From the NCBI GenBank assembly GCA_944332525.1, contig CALVKD010000002.1, forward strand, positions 1 to 61,395: 61,395 bases of DNA, given 5' to 3'. A program made the position numbers and the translations under genes. The notes under the pieces are model-generated. The model did no database searches. It was not told the origin of the DNA and saw only the letters and a program-made list of their open reading frames with translations. The stretch is from an uncultured Bacilli bacterium. Its GTDB lineage: Bacteria; Bacillota_I; Bacilli_A; RFN20; CAG-449. How positions within the stretch are numbered: the first letter of the stretch is position 1; each line of letters opens with the position of its first letter. This document shows positions 9,410 through 20,040 of the stretch, one piece after another.

Positions 9410-11395
9410 TTAAGGCATAAAATCTTCATAATTATGCGTTGAAAAATAATCTGTGGTCAAAATTGTGTCGAGATAACTCTGTTTTTCTGCAACCGCGGCA
9501 ACAGCATTGAGGAAATCTTCAATCTTTTCACCATAGCTATTAAAAACGCGGCTGATTTTATTTTCAGCAAAAGCCCAATAATAATTATCAAAAAATGCTG
9601 ATAACTCAATTGAGAAGAAAACTTGAACATCTTCCATCTGCTTGCTGAAAAGGCTATTACCAATATAGAAATTTGGATTATATTCAATACCTAAGAGATC
9701 TAAAACTGTTGGAACAATATTATATGGTGAAGCAAGACGGGTATAAATATTTGTATGATATTTATCAACATAATAGTCAAGTAAATCATCATTTTTAAAG
9801 AATAGAGTTGTTGTATAGATATCCGAATAGTATTTATCTTCTTTGTCATGACGAGAAATTAATTGATTTAAGCATCTTCCGCTATAGCCAGGATAATACA
9901 TATCGTGGTCGCCATAGATAACAAATAATGTATCATCAAGCTTTCCCTCTTCCTCAAATCTTTCAAACATTTGACCTAACGCTTTATCAAAATCCATCGC
10001 GCACATCATATAAGTATCAACGCATGGAGCATCAATAGGAGCATATATTTCTATTGGATTACGCCAAAGATTATTTTTCTTTGCATATTCTAATTTTTCA
10101 CCATACATCTCTTCTAATGTCTCTTGATTAGCGCGATTCGCGTAAGGACCATGCATTGATAATGAAGTATAAAACGCGAAAAATGGTTCATCGCTTTCAA
10201 AGACTTTTTCTGTTACAATTGGCATAGTTAAAGAATCAAAAGTATAATTACCGGACCAATCCCACATCGGATAATCTTCGCCATATAAATCTTCGTGAAA
10301 ATAACTATTATCAAATCCGAGTTTCGGCATTAAAAGTTCACGGCTATATAAGTCCATATTATGTTCTGGTGCAAAGCTAGTATCATGAAAATACATCGTG
10401 TGGTAATCAATATTATTTAACTGGCTAACTAAGGAATATGGGAGATTATAATCATAACGGGAAGGTAAAACACCAGCTGTAGGAGCAGATCCAGTTAAGC
10501 CGATAAATTCCGAGATATTAGTTTTATTTTTTGAAAGAGTATCTTCACAATATAATGAATTTTGTGTCAAAGCATACATATTCGGCGTGAGATATTCATT
10601 TATCATCAAATCATCGCCGGTTTCAATCATAATGACAAAAACATTTTTTCCTTCTAAAAGCCCGGTAAAAGAATTTTGATAATCGACATTTTGTTTAAAA
10701 TAATCTATCATTTTTTGTTCATCCGGTTCAGGTGCCCCATTAAGAAGGTAATCTAGTTCTTTAATATAATAAGACATCATGCCGTAACGCGAAAAATTAT
10801 CATTTTTCGAAATAGTAATAATGTCATCAACCGAACTACCAAAACCATCATCGTTGATTGAATACATAGAAAGGGTATAACTTCCTAATAAGCAAACTAT
10901 TAATCCCAGCGTTAAAAATGGATGACCTTTCACGCGTATCTTGTTTCTTACTAAATCATGTGATTGGTCGATTTTAAATAACACCTTGTTAATAAAAAAT
11001 AACGATGCCACAAATAGTCCATAGATAAAGACAATTAGTGAAAGTAAGGCGAAGTCATAATAACTCGGATCACCAGCAATCGCGGCACCATGATTAAAGA
11101 ACGACAAGTTTAACAATGAAAAGATTGTTCCAAAATTGCGATAGAACATACAATTTGCACCAACTAAGACTGCAAATAACAGCATAAGCGCATCAAGATA
11201 AATATAATCGAATATTGATGATTTGAAAAAGAAAATTGGGCTAGCTAAAAAAGCTATTAAAAGCAAATCGCAGAAAAAATAAGTCGGGACAAACTCATGA
11301 AAAATATATGCGTATTGAATCACTTGCAAGATAATGTAAAAAAAGATGAAAGTGATATATATAGCCGATTTTCTAAAAAACAAATTCTTAATCAT
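9410..11395 (-). CDS. LTA-synthase-family membrane protein, paralog 2
   Basis: It is colinear with 7385-9334 and shares long identical stretches with it (FTGLLEGKNVF.IMIETGDD.MINEYLTPNMY, FYTSLSMHGPY, YGDHD). Confidence 0.75.
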   Translation of the reverse strand: MIKNLFFRKSAIYITFIFFYIILQVIQYAYIFHEFVPTYFFCDLLLIAFLASPIFFFKSSIFDYIYLDALMLLFAVLVGANCMFYRNFGTIFSLLNLSFFNHGAAIAGDPSYYDFALLSLIVFIYGLFVASLFFINKVLFKIDQSHDLVRNKIRVKGHPFLTLGLIVCLLGSYTLSMYSINDDGFGSSVDDIITISKNDNFSRYGMMSYYIKELDYLLNGAPEPDEQKMIDYFKQNVDYQNSFTGLLEGKNVFVIMIETGDDLMINEYLTPNMYALTQNSLYCEDTLSKNKTNISEFIGLTGSAPTAGVLPSRYDYNLPYSLVSQLNNIDYHTMYFHDTSFAPEHNMDLYSRELLMPKLGFDNSYFHEDLYGEDYPMWDWSGNYTFDSLTMPIVTEKVFESDEPFFAFYTSLSMHGPYANRANQETLEEMYGEKLEYAKKNNLWRNPIEIYAPIDAPCVDTYMMCAMDFDKALGQMFERFEEEGKLDDTLFVIYGDHDMYYPGYSGRCLNQLISRHDKEDKYYSDIYTTTLFFKNDDLLDYYVDKYHTNIYTRLASPYNIVPTVLDLLGIEYNPNFYIGNSLFSKQMEDVQVFFSIELSAFFDNYYWAFAENKISRVFNSYGEKIEDFLNAVAAVAEKQSYLDTILTTDYFSTHNYEDFMP

Positions 11396-11466
11396 ACAAA
11401 AAGCAATTAGAATACTTTCTAATTGCCATTTTAATTGTTTTATAAAAGATTACAAGCAGAAATAAA

Positions 11467-12897
11467 TTATTTATTTATTTCTCTTTCAAACTTAGACATA
11501 TCCAAATGTTCGTCGATTACAATTAATTCTAAATTATAGAGATTTGCGAGCATTTTTATCTCATCTAAGCTTACTTGAGTAGTAACTACAGAGTGATGAG
11601 CTCCGCCAGCTAGTAACCAAGCCTTTACCCCATCTTTAAATGTCGGTCTAATCTTCCACATAATTGATGCGACAGGTAAATTAGGCATTGGATCTTCTTC
11701 TTTGATTAAAGTGATGGCTTGAGCTATAAGACGGAAATGCGTACCTAAATCAATAAGCGATAAAGCATATCCATCTCCCTGCGTTCCTTCAAAGACTAAT
11801 CTAGCTGGATCTTGTTTTCCTCCAATTGATAATGGATGAACCTCAATTTTTGGAGTTGATTCAGCAAAACGCGGCGAGACCTCTAACATATGTGCGCCAA
11901 GAACGCATTCTCTTTCAAAATCATAGGTATAATCTTCCATAAAACCTGTCGCACCTTTTCTTCCTTCAGCAAGTTTCATGATAACTGCATCAAGAGCGGC
12001 TGTTTTCCAGTCACCTTCTCCGGCATAGCCAATACCTTCATCCATCAAGAGTTGAGTTGCTAATCCCGGCAACTCTTCCATTCCGTATAAGTCTTCAAAA
12101 GTATTTGAGAATGCTGAAGCTTTATGTAATGCAAAGAATTTTTTCATCGCGAGATAATATTTGATTTGCTCGTTTACCGCGTGGATGTTTTCTGTATTCA
12201 AAATATATTTTTTAGTTAAAGCATGAAAAGTGGATTCAACTTCATCGTCAGTAATTTCGGCCACCTTGCTAACTAAATCGCCAACTGCATAAGTATTGCA
12301 GGACCAGCCTAAGACAATCTCTGCTTCAACCTTATCACCTTCAGTTACTGCGACATCGCGCATATTATCACCGAAACGCACAATATTGAGGTGTTTAGAA
12401 AACTTATAAGCGCGAATTACATCAACCCAAGACTGAATCTTTTTTAGCACGCTAGAATCTTGATAATATCCAATTGCGATTTCCCGATTTATATGCATTC
12501 TCGTCAAAATAAAACTGTGTTCTTTATCGCCATGCGCCGATTGATTTAGATTCATAAAATCCATATCAATTGTTGGATAAGGTATTTCCTTATTAGCTTG
12601 AGTATGCAGATGAAGATATGGTTTTTGAAGTAATTTTAGTCCTCTAATCCACATTTTACTCGGCGAAAAAGTATGCATCCAAGCCATTACACCGATAACA
12701 TCATCATCGTAGTTTGCTCTTTTAATAATGGTTTCAATAGCTTCGCTAGTCGTGCAAAGATCTGTTACAATAATCTCGACATTTTTTAAATGAGCATTAA
12801 AATAACTAGCAATTTTTTCAGCATCATTTCTAACTTTCAATAATGCATCATCCCCGTAGAGAAACTGACTACCTGTCAAAAAATAAATTTTATCCAT
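11467..12897 (-). CDS. araA: L-arabinose isomerase
   Basis: This 476-aa protein has the N-terminus FLTGSQFLYG and AraA-wide similarity (MEDYTY, GAHMLE). It has an AGGAGG RBS. Confidence 0.9.
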   Translation of the reverse strand: MDKIYFLTGSQFLYGDDALLKVRNDAEKIASYFNAHLKNVEIIVTDLCTTSEAIETIIKRANYDDDVIGVMAWMHTFSPSKMWIRGLKLLQKPYLHLHTQANKEIPYPTIDMDFMNLNQSAHGDKEHSFILTRMHINREIAIGYYQDSSVLKKIQSWVDVIRAYKFSKHLNIVRFGDNMRDVAVTEGDKVEAEIVLGWSCNTYAVGDLVSKVAEITDDEVESTFHALTKKYILNTENIHAVNEQIKYYLAMKKFFALHKASAFSNTFEDLYGMEELPGLATQLLMDEGIGYAGEGDWKTAALDAVIMKLAEGRKGATGFMEDYTYDFERECVLGAHMLEVSPRFAESTPKIEVHPLSIGGKQDPARLVFEGTQGDGYALSLIDLGTHFRLIAQAITLIKEEDPMPNLPVASIMWKIRPTFKDGVKAWLLAGGAHHSVVTTQVSLDEIKMLANLYNLELIVIDEHLDMSKFEREINK

Positions 12898-12910
12898 AAC
12901 TTTTTCCTCC

Positions 12911-13774
12911 TTATTTCAAAATAAAGTTAATGATATTTTTTGCACTTTTTAACGCCAAATCTATTTTCGGTGTAATTTTATCGCCGTCATGATATTTTCT
13001 GAGATATAACTCAATATAGCCATGCACTGCATCGGTATGTTCAACAATATAATCTACTCCACCGCTTTTTAACACTTCTTCAAACCTTAATCCGTCTTGC
13101 CTTAATCGATCATTATCAGAAATAATTAAATATGTTTTTGGTAATTTTTTTGCTTCTTCACCGCTTAGATAATTTGGTGAAACAAGGGGATTTTTTCTCT
13201 TTTCATGACCAGGGCAATAACGTTCTTCAAATTCCGAAAGTAATCGATTGGAAAAATTATATGGCTCTTTATAACGTTTAGACATTGGTAGGTATAACTC
13301 GGTATACGGATAGTCTAAAATCATCTTCTTAAACTTATAATCATTCTCGCGATTTTTTTTAATCACCATCGCGGCAGCTAAGTTGCCTCCCGCTGAATGT
13401 CCTATAATAATGATGTTATTTTTGTCAATGTCTGGATATTTATTTAAAATATACTTTATCTGCTCATCAATTTCTTCCAGTTGAACCGGAAAATGTTTTT
13501 TGTAGGATAATGAATAATCTACCGCAATAACATGCATTGATGTTTTTTGATTTAAAAGGAAAGAAAAGCAGTCTTCATCTAATGATGTTCCGTAACAAAA
13601 TCCCCCTCCATGGATATTGACGATTAGACCGCCTTTCCCCTTTGCGTAAAGTAAATCAAGATGAGTTTTTTTTAAATATTCTTTTTCTAGATGGCAGAGG
13701 AGATGTTTTCTTCTTTTTCTTTTAAATAAATCTGCTCCCTGCAACGGAGAAAATAATGTCGCAATATATTTCAT
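12911..13774 (-). CDS. alpha/beta hydrolase (HSL-type esterase/lipase)
   Basis: It has the HGGGF oxyanion motif and the GHSAGG nucleophile elbow. It overlaps the upstream gene by 4 nt (ATGA). Confidence 0.8.
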   Translation of the reverse strand: MKYIATLFSPLQGADLFKRKRRKHLLCHLEKEYLKKTHLDLLYAKGKGGLIVNIHGGGFCYGTSLDEDCFSFLLNQKTSMHVIAVDYSLSYKKHFPVQLEEIDEQIKYILNKYPDIDKNNIIIIGHSAGGNLAAAMVIKKNRENDYKFKKMILDYPYTELYLPMSKRYKEPYNFSNRLLSEFEERYCPGHEKRKNPLVSPNYLSGEEAKKLPKTYLIISDNDRLRQDGLRFEEVLKSGGVDYIVEHTDAVHGYIELYLRKYHDGDKITPKIDLALKSAKNIINFILK

Positions 13775-16035
13775 TGATGATCACCTTGTCCATAATAAGC
13801 ATTCTTACCATGCTTACGGAAATAATGTTTATCTTGAATATATTTGTTAGCTTCTTCTATCTTAGGCGAAAGCGTCTCACTTAGGTACGCCATCTTGGCC
13901 ACCTCCTCTAAAACCACCGCGTTTTCTACTGCCTTCGCAGCATTTTTAGCAAAAGTGAACGGTCCATGATTTTTTAATAAGATTGCACCCATTGCCTGAG
14001 GGTCAAGATTGTATCGAGCAAAGTATTCAACGATAACTTTACCTGTATTTTTCTCATAGTCTTCATCAATCTCTTCTTTGGTGATAGTTCTCGCGCATGG
14101 TATTGAACCATAAAAATAGTCAGCATGCGTCGTTCCATAGCATTTAATATCTTTTCCAGCTTGACAAAACGCTACTGCAAAAGTTGAATGAGTATGGACG
14201 ACTCCTCCTATTTTTTCAAAGGCTTTATATATTTCTAAGTGCGTTTTTAAATCAGAAGATGGCTTTAATTTTCCTTCAATTACCTTGCCATCTAAATCAA
14301 CAACCACAATATCATCAACTGTCATCGTTGAATAATCAACTCCGCTTGGTTTAATGGCTATAACACCTTTTTCGCGGTCAATTTCACTTGCATTTCCCCA
14401 AGTAAGAACGACTAAGTTATGTTTTACTAAATCGAGATTTGCACGGTAAACGCGCTCTTTTAATTCTTGATATGGTGAATCACTAGCCGATGGTAAGACA
14501 AAATTCTTTTCAACATTTAAATAATTTTTGAATTGATCTAAATATTTCAAATACTGCTCGCGGCGAGATAAATCCGGGTAGGTAATTGTCTTTTTTTCTT
14601 CATTGAAAACTTTATTATTTAAAAAGTCTTCTAGCGACATATCGCGGTAAAAATAATATCTAGCTAGCAAAGCCATTCCGTATGGTCCACCTTCATTAGC
14701 GTGCTCGTATGTGATTAAAGGTGTATTAAACGCAGAAGCCAATAATGAAGCTATAACATTTTTAGTTTTAAATAATCCTCCATGACCAACTAATGCATCA
14801 ATATTTACATTTTCTTTTTTAAGCGGCTCCATCCCAATTGAAATAACATTGAAAGTCGAATATAGCATAGATAAAATAAATTCACTTAAGGAAAATTTAT
14901 CATCCTTCTCTCTGATTACCATCGGTCTTCCATCTTCAAAGGTAAGTATTGGCTCGCCGGAGAAGAAATTATAATTATAAACTTTGACATCATCTTGATA
15001 TTTCATAGCTTCATTAAACAATGAAGAATAACGTTCATCAGCTTTTCTTTCAATATTATTAACTTTGTCATACTCTTTAAATAAATTTAACCACTTATTC
15101 AAATCACTAGAGCAATTATTGGCATGGACCATCGCTGTCGGTTTTCCTTCTGGCGTTGCGACAATGTCGAGAGAATGATAGTAATTTTTTAATTTATTTT
15201 CCAAAACTACCATTAAGAAAATTGATGTTCCAACAGAAATATTACCTTTTCTTTCTTTTAAAGAGTTAGTAGCAACCATTCCCGTTCCAGCATCGCCTTC
15301 AGGAGGCACTAAAACCGCACCTGGTTTTAAATCACCTTGAGGATCGAGATAAAGCGCGCCGCTTTCAGTTAATTTTCCAGCCTCTTCACCGCAGAGAAGA
15401 ATCTTTGGCAAAAGCATTTTAAGGGAAAAGTGATAAATTTTATTTTCTTCAGTATTTTCAAAAAGAGACATCATCTTCTCATCGTAATCATGACCATTCA
15501 AAGGAAACATTCCTGATGCTTCACCGACTCCTAAAACAAAACATCCTGTTAAAAGGTAATGAATATGGCCGCTTAAAGTCGTCAATTTATCTAACGATTT
15601 AAGATGTTCTTCTTTATCAATCATCGCTTGGTAAAGATGAGCAATCGACCAGCGTTCTGGAATATTAAATGAAAACAATCGAGAAAGTTTAGCTGCGGCA
15701 ATAGAAGTATTAGTATTTCTCCAAGTTCTAAAGCGTGATAATGGTTGATAGTTTTTATCAAGCGGTAAATAACCATGCATCATCCCCGAAATACCAATTG
15801 ATTTAATATCAGTTAAAGTCTTTTTCGTCTTAAGAAAATAGTTTTCCTTAAGATTATGGTATGCTTCTTGAATTTTACTTGTAATCACCTCATAACGATA
15901 GGTATATAGATTATCGATTAATTCGTTTTCCCAATCAGAAAAACCATTGCAGACAACACCTTCATCATTTAATAAGACGCATTTAATTCTAGTAGATCCT
16001 AATTCAATTCCTAAATAGAGATTATCTTGAACCAT
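13771..16035 (-). CDS. fusion protein: FGGY-family sugar kinase (ribulokinase-like) plus L-ribulose-5-phosphate 4-epimerase (AraD)
   Basis: Residues 1 to about 520 are an FGGY kinase (LGIELGSTRIKCVL). Residues about 530-754 align with E. coli AraD (LTWGNASEIDRE...IKPSGVDY...HTHSTFA...GTTHADYFYG...KHGKNAYYGQ). It has an AAGGTGG RBS. Confidence 0.85.
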   Translation of the reverse strand: MVQDNLYLGIELGSTRIKCVLLNDEGVVCNGFSDWENELIDNLYTYRYEVITSKIQEAYHNLKENYFLKTKKTLTDIKSIGISGMMHGYLPLDKNYQPLSRFRTWRNTNTSIAAAKLSRLFSFNIPERWSIAHLYQAMIDKEEHLKSLDKLTTLSGHIHYLLTGCFVLGVGEASGMFPLNGHDYDEKMMSLFENTEENKIYHFSLKMLLPKILLCGEEAGKLTESGALYLDPQGDLKPGAVLVPPEGDAGTGMVATNSLKERKGNISVGTSIFLMVVLENKLKNYYHSLDIVATPEGKPTAMVHANNCSSDLNKWLNLFKEYDKVNNIERKADERYSSLFNEAMKYQDDVKVYNYNFFSGEPILTFEDGRPMVIREKDDKFSLSEFILSMLYSTFNVISIGMEPLKKENVNIDALVGHGGLFKTKNVIASLLASAFNTPLITYEHANEGGPYGMALLARYYFYRDMSLEDFLNNKVFNEEKKTITYPDLSRREQYLKYLDQFKNYLNVEKNFVLPSASDSPYQELKERVYRANLDLVKHNLVVLTWGNASEIDREKGVIAIKPSGVDYSTMTVDDIVVVDLDGKVIEGKLKPSSDLKTHLEIYKAFEKIGGVVHTHSTFAVAFCQAGKDIKCYGTTHADYFYGSIPCARTITKEEIDEDYEKNTGKVIVEYFARYNLDPQAMGAILLKNHGPFTFAKNAAKAVENAVVLEEVAKMAYLSETLSPKIEEANKYIQDKHYFRKHGKNAYYGQGDHQ

Positions 16036-16128
16036 AAATTACCACCTTTAAGTTTATAATAGGTCATTTTTTGCTAAATCAAAGAAAATTAATCGCTTTC
16101 TTTGGCAATTTATTGCTATATTATAGTT

Positions 16129-16992
16129 ATGTTAGCGCGTTATGAAAAAAGAATATTTAAAAACGATCTTCGTGTTTGGTGTGGTAAATATCTCAATTTA
16201 AAAAATATTTCGCATTACCATGATGAAATCGAAATCATCTATGTCAACTACGGAAAGGCGACTATTTTTATTAATGAAACATTTTTTACCATTGAAAACG
16301 GACAATCTTTTTATGTACCTCAAGGGACAATCCATAAGATAATCGCCGATAATTCATCTTTGATTACGACATTTATTATTTCACCTGATTTGAATCAGCA
16401 TTTATTAAAATATCAACCTACTAACTTTTTATTAAGTAAAAATTACTCATTAAATTCTCTTTACGATCTGTATATTGATGAACTAAGAAGGCAAAACCCC
16501 TTTTTTAAAATGCGAATTGAAAATGAATTTATAGAAAAAATAATTGAAATTTTTCGTCAAGAAGGATATCAAAAATGCCAAACAAAATATAATAGCGATT
16601 ATTTATTACTAAAAAATATTTTAAAAGAAATTGAAGATAATTATCAAAAAATTACTTTTTCAGCAATCTGCGAAAAATTTTCATATTCACCATCGCACTT
16701 TTCCCGTCTATTTGAAAAGATAACCGGTTTGACATTTACTTCTTATCTATCATATATTCGAATTAAAAAGGCCATTGAATTAATCAAGGAAAATAAATAC
16801 TCATTCACGGATATTTCCTCTTTAAGCGGATTTTCTTCAATAAGAAATTTTAATAGAGTATTCAAAAAGCTCACTTCGTATTCACCGAAAAGTCTGCCTC
16901 AGGATTATGAATTAAATAATATAAAAATAAAACTCTTCCCAGAGGCATTTGATCCAACCGAGAAGAGTTCAGTATTAATAGATAATTATTGA
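16129..16992 (+). CDS. AraC-family transcriptional regulator (cupin sensor plus HTH)
   Basis: The C-terminus is an AraC-type double HTH (SPSHFSRLFEK...GFSSIRNFNRVFKK). I chose the first ATG (16129), because the ORF-track start at 16102 is a TTG. It is divergent from the ara operon. Confidence 0.8.
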   Translation: MLARYEKRIFKNDLRVWCGKYLNLKNISHYHDEIEIIYVNYGKATIFINETFFTIENGQSFYVPQGTIHKIIADNSSLITTFIISPDLNQHLLKYQPTNFLLSKNYSLNSLYDLYIDELRRQNPFFKMRIENEFIEKIIEIFRQEGYQKCQTKYNSDYLLLKNILKEIEDNYQKITFSAICEKFSYSPSHFSRLFEKITGLTFTSYLSYIRIKKAIELIKENKYSFTDISSLSGFSSIRNFNRVFKKLTSYSPKSLPQDYELNNIKIKLFPEAFDPTEKSSVLIDNY

Positions 16993-18158
16993 TTATTGCT
17001 ATTTGCAAGGTCTTCAGCGAGAGCTTTAATGTTACCGCGGACAACATGGTTAATCGCCGAACGGATAGTTACGCCTTCACCGATATAATTAATATCTTTT
17101 GAATTAACTAAAAGATCTTTCATAACCTTGTTAGCCATTGGTCCCCAAGAACCATTTTCAATAAGAGCAACATTTTTCTTTTGAAAATTTCTTTCAGTTA
17201 AATTTTCGATAAAGTTTCTAACGCAAGGGAAAAGTCCGTTATTATAGGTTACCGAAGCAAGAACGAGATTTTTATGAGCAAAGGCATGAGAAACAGCCTC
17301 ATGGACATCATCTCTAGCTAAATCGAAGAGATAAACTTTCTTACCAAGTTTTTCTAATTCTTCTTTTAAAAGCAATACTGCTTCTTTAGTATGTCCGTAA
17401 ACAGAGCCATAAGCAATTGTAACATCATTATCTTCGCTATCATAATTAGCATAGGTGATATAGTCTTTAATATACGGAGTTAAATCGCCTTCAAGAAGAT
17501 TGCCGTGTAAAGAGCAAATTTTCTTGATATCTAGTTTTAATGCCTTATTTAAAAGATTTTTAACTTGTAATCCAAATTTACCAACGATTCCGATATAGTA
17601 TCTTCTGCTTTCATCATGGTAATTTTCAATAGCATCATAAGTACCAAAGCGGCCAAATGCATCTGCAGAGAAAAGAATTTTTTCATTAGTTTCATAGCTC
17701 ATCATTACTTCTGGCCAATGGACAAATGGAGCACCGATAAAATGTAATGTATGATGTCCGAGTTCTAAGACATCACCTTCCTTTATTACTTTTACGTGTT
17801 TGACGACATTTTCATCTTCTGGGAAGAAATTTCTGAGCATTGCAAGTCCCTGAACCGAAATAAGAATATTGACATCAGGATAGAAATTGACAATCTCCGC
17901 AATCAAAGCTGAGTGATCAGGCTCCATATGATGGATTACGAGATAATCAAGTGATTTATCACCTAATGAAGATTTTATATTGTTAATAAATTCATCTTTA
18001 AAATTGATATCGACGGTATCGAGAAGACAAGTTTTATCATCGAGAATCAGATAGGAATTATAACGCATACCGAATGGTACTTTATATTGTCCTTCGAATA
18101 AATCGATATTTTTATCATCGACGCCGACGTTGATAATATTGTTACTGACTTTAATCAT
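16986..18158 (-). CDS. FprA-family flavodiiron protein (metallo-beta-lactamase plus flavodoxin domains)
   Basis: It has the HHMEPDHS diiron motif and a C-terminal flavodoxin-like domain (TIAYGSVYGHT). Confidence 0.85.
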   Translation of the reverse strand: MIKVSNNIINVGVDDKNIDLFEGQYKVPFGMRYNSYLILDDKTCLLDTVDINFKDEFINNIKSSLGDKSLDYLVIHHMEPDHSALIAEIVNFYPDVNILISVQGLAMLRNFFPEDENVVKHVKVIKEGDVLELGHHTLHFIGAPFVHWPEVMMSYETNEKILFSADAFGRFGTYDAIENYHDESRRYYIGIVGKFGLQVKNLLNKALKLDIKKICSLHGNLLEGDLTPYIKDYITYANYDSEDNDVTIAYGSVYGHTKEAVLLLKEELEKLGKKVYLFDLARDDVHEAVSHAFAHKNLVLASVTYNNGLFPCVRNFIENLTERNFQKKNVALIENGSWGPMANKVMKDLLVNSKDINYIGEGVTIRSAINHVVRGNIKALAEDLANSNNQ

Positions 18159-18237
18159 AAATTAACCTTCTTTCCGCGTCTATTATACAAAAGTTTGCTC
18201 TATTTTAAACTAATATTTTAAAAAACGGTGATAAAGG

Positions 18238-20040
18238 TTATTCGGCAGCATTAGCAAATTGCGAATTGTATAGTTCAGCATAGAATCCTTTTTGTTCCAT
18301 AAGTTCTTTATGCGTTCCTTTTTCAACAATATTTCCATCGCGCATAACCAAGATTAAATCAGCATTTTTAATCGTACTCAAACGATGAGCAATAACAAAA
18401 GAGGTTCTTTTTTCAGTGAGTTTATCCATCGCATTTTGAATCAATATTTCAGTTCGAGTATCAACTGAAGATGTAGCTTCATCAAGAATTAGCATTGGAG
18501 CGTTTTGAATCATCGCTCTAGTAATCGTCAATAACTGCTTTTGCCCGGCAGAAATAGATAAGTTCTCATCGAGAATCGTATTATAGCCATGCGGTAATGT
18601 CTTAATAAAATGATGAACTCCACAGGCTTTTGCAGCTTTAATCATAACTTCATCAGAAACGTTATTATTATATTTTAAGTTATCTCTAATCGTTCCGTTG
18701 AACAGCCATGTATCCTGCAAAACCATTCCGAAGAGTGAATGAACATTTTCCCGGGTTAAATCACTAGTCTTGATTGAATCAATCGCGATATATCCAGAAT
18801 TTAATTCATAAAACCTCATCAGCAAATTTACTAAAGTCGTCTTGCCAGCTCCAGTTGGACCAACAATAGCTACCTTCATTCCAGCTTTAACTTCTAAAGA
18901 GAAATCCGGAATAATAATTTTATCGCTTGTATATCCAAAACGGATATGTGAGAAAGTGACATCGCCTTTTAATTTTGCTGGATCGAGATATGCTGTCTTA
19001 GTTGATTCATCGCTAACTTCCGTCTGATTGAGAAATTCAAAGACTCTTTCACTTGCCGCGGATGCTTGTTGAAGATAATTATTGCATTGGGCAATTTGAC
19101 TTAGAGGATTTGAGAAAAGTCTAACATAAATCATAAATGCTGTAATAACACCGATATCGATTTGCTTATAAAACATCAATACAGCTCCGACAACGCAAAC
19201 TGCAGCAAATCCTAAATTACCGATAAAAGCCATAATAGGCTGCATTAAGCCTGAGAGAAATTGCGATTTCCAATCGGTCGAAAAGAGTTTATCATTTATT
19301 TTCTTAAACGATTTTTCATTTTCCTCAATTCCATTAGAAACTCTAACGATTGAGTGGTTGGTATATATTTCCTCGACTTGGCCATTTACTTTTCCTAAAA
19401 TTATTTGTCTAGCTAAGAAATATTTCTGCGATTTTTTCATAATTAAAATCATTAAGATAAATCCGATACAAGTAGAAATAATCGCAGTAAACGCCATGAT
19501 ATAATTAGTAACAAACATCATAATTAGGCAGCCAAAGAGCAAAGTAATTGATGAAAATAATGGAGCAATTGAGCTATTAAGCGCTTGGCTAATCATATCA
19601 ACATCATTGGTGATGCGGCTTAGAATATCACCAGTTAAAGTTCCATCAATATATTTTAATGGCACTTTGTTGATTTTAACATTAATATCTTGTCTTAATT
19701 TTTTACTAACCTTATTAGTAATAATCGACATAATTAAATGTTGAATATAGTTTAATAAAGCCGATGAGATATAAAAAATCATCAATAAAATACAAATTTT
19801 TACAACTTCTTCAATATTAATTGCTCCGGCAAGAATACCAGATGAAATAAGGTTAGTTACTTTTTCAATGTAAGAAGGTCCAGCGATCGAAAATACTGTA
19901 CCTATAACGGCAAAGATAATTGCAACCACCATAAATGGAACAAATCTTTTGCAGTAATTAAGAAGCTGCTTCATCGCTGATAAAAACGAACCATTTCTGC
20001 TCTGCGATTGAGCTTGCTGATGCATCATCATTCTAGGCAT
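18238..20040 (-). CDS. ABC exporter, fused permease/ATPase (heterodimer subunit B)
   Basis: It has six TM helices plus an NBD with Walker A GPTGAGKTT, signature SAGQKQ and Walker B ILDEATS. Confidence 0.9.
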   Translation of the reverse strand: MPRMMMHQQAQSQSRNGSFLSAMKQLLNYCKRFVPFMVVAIIFAVIGTVFSIAGPSYIEKVTNLISSGILAGAINIEEVVKICILLMIFYISSALLNYIQHLIMSIITNKVSKKLRQDINVKINKVPLKYIDGTLTGDILSRITNDVDMISQALNSSIAPLFSSITLLFGCLIMMFVTNYIMAFTAIISTCIGFILMILIMKKSQKYFLARQIILGKVNGQVEEIYTNHSIVRVSNGIEENEKSFKKINDKLFSTDWKSQFLSGLMQPIMAFIGNLGFAAVCVVGAVLMFYKQIDIGVITAFMIYVRLFSNPLSQIAQCNNYLQQASAASERVFEFLNQTEVSDESTKTAYLDPAKLKGDVTFSHIRFGYTSDKIIIPDFSLEVKAGMKVAIVGPTGAGKTTLVNLLMRFYELNSGYIAIDSIKTSDLTRENVHSLFGMVLQDTWLFNGTIRDNLKYNNNVSDEVMIKAAKACGVHHFIKTLPHGYNTILDENLSISAGQKQLLTITRAMIQNAPMLILDEATSSVDTRTEILIQNAMDKLTEKRTSFVIAHRLSTIKNADLILVMRDGNIVEKGTHKELMEQKGFYAELYNSQFANAAE

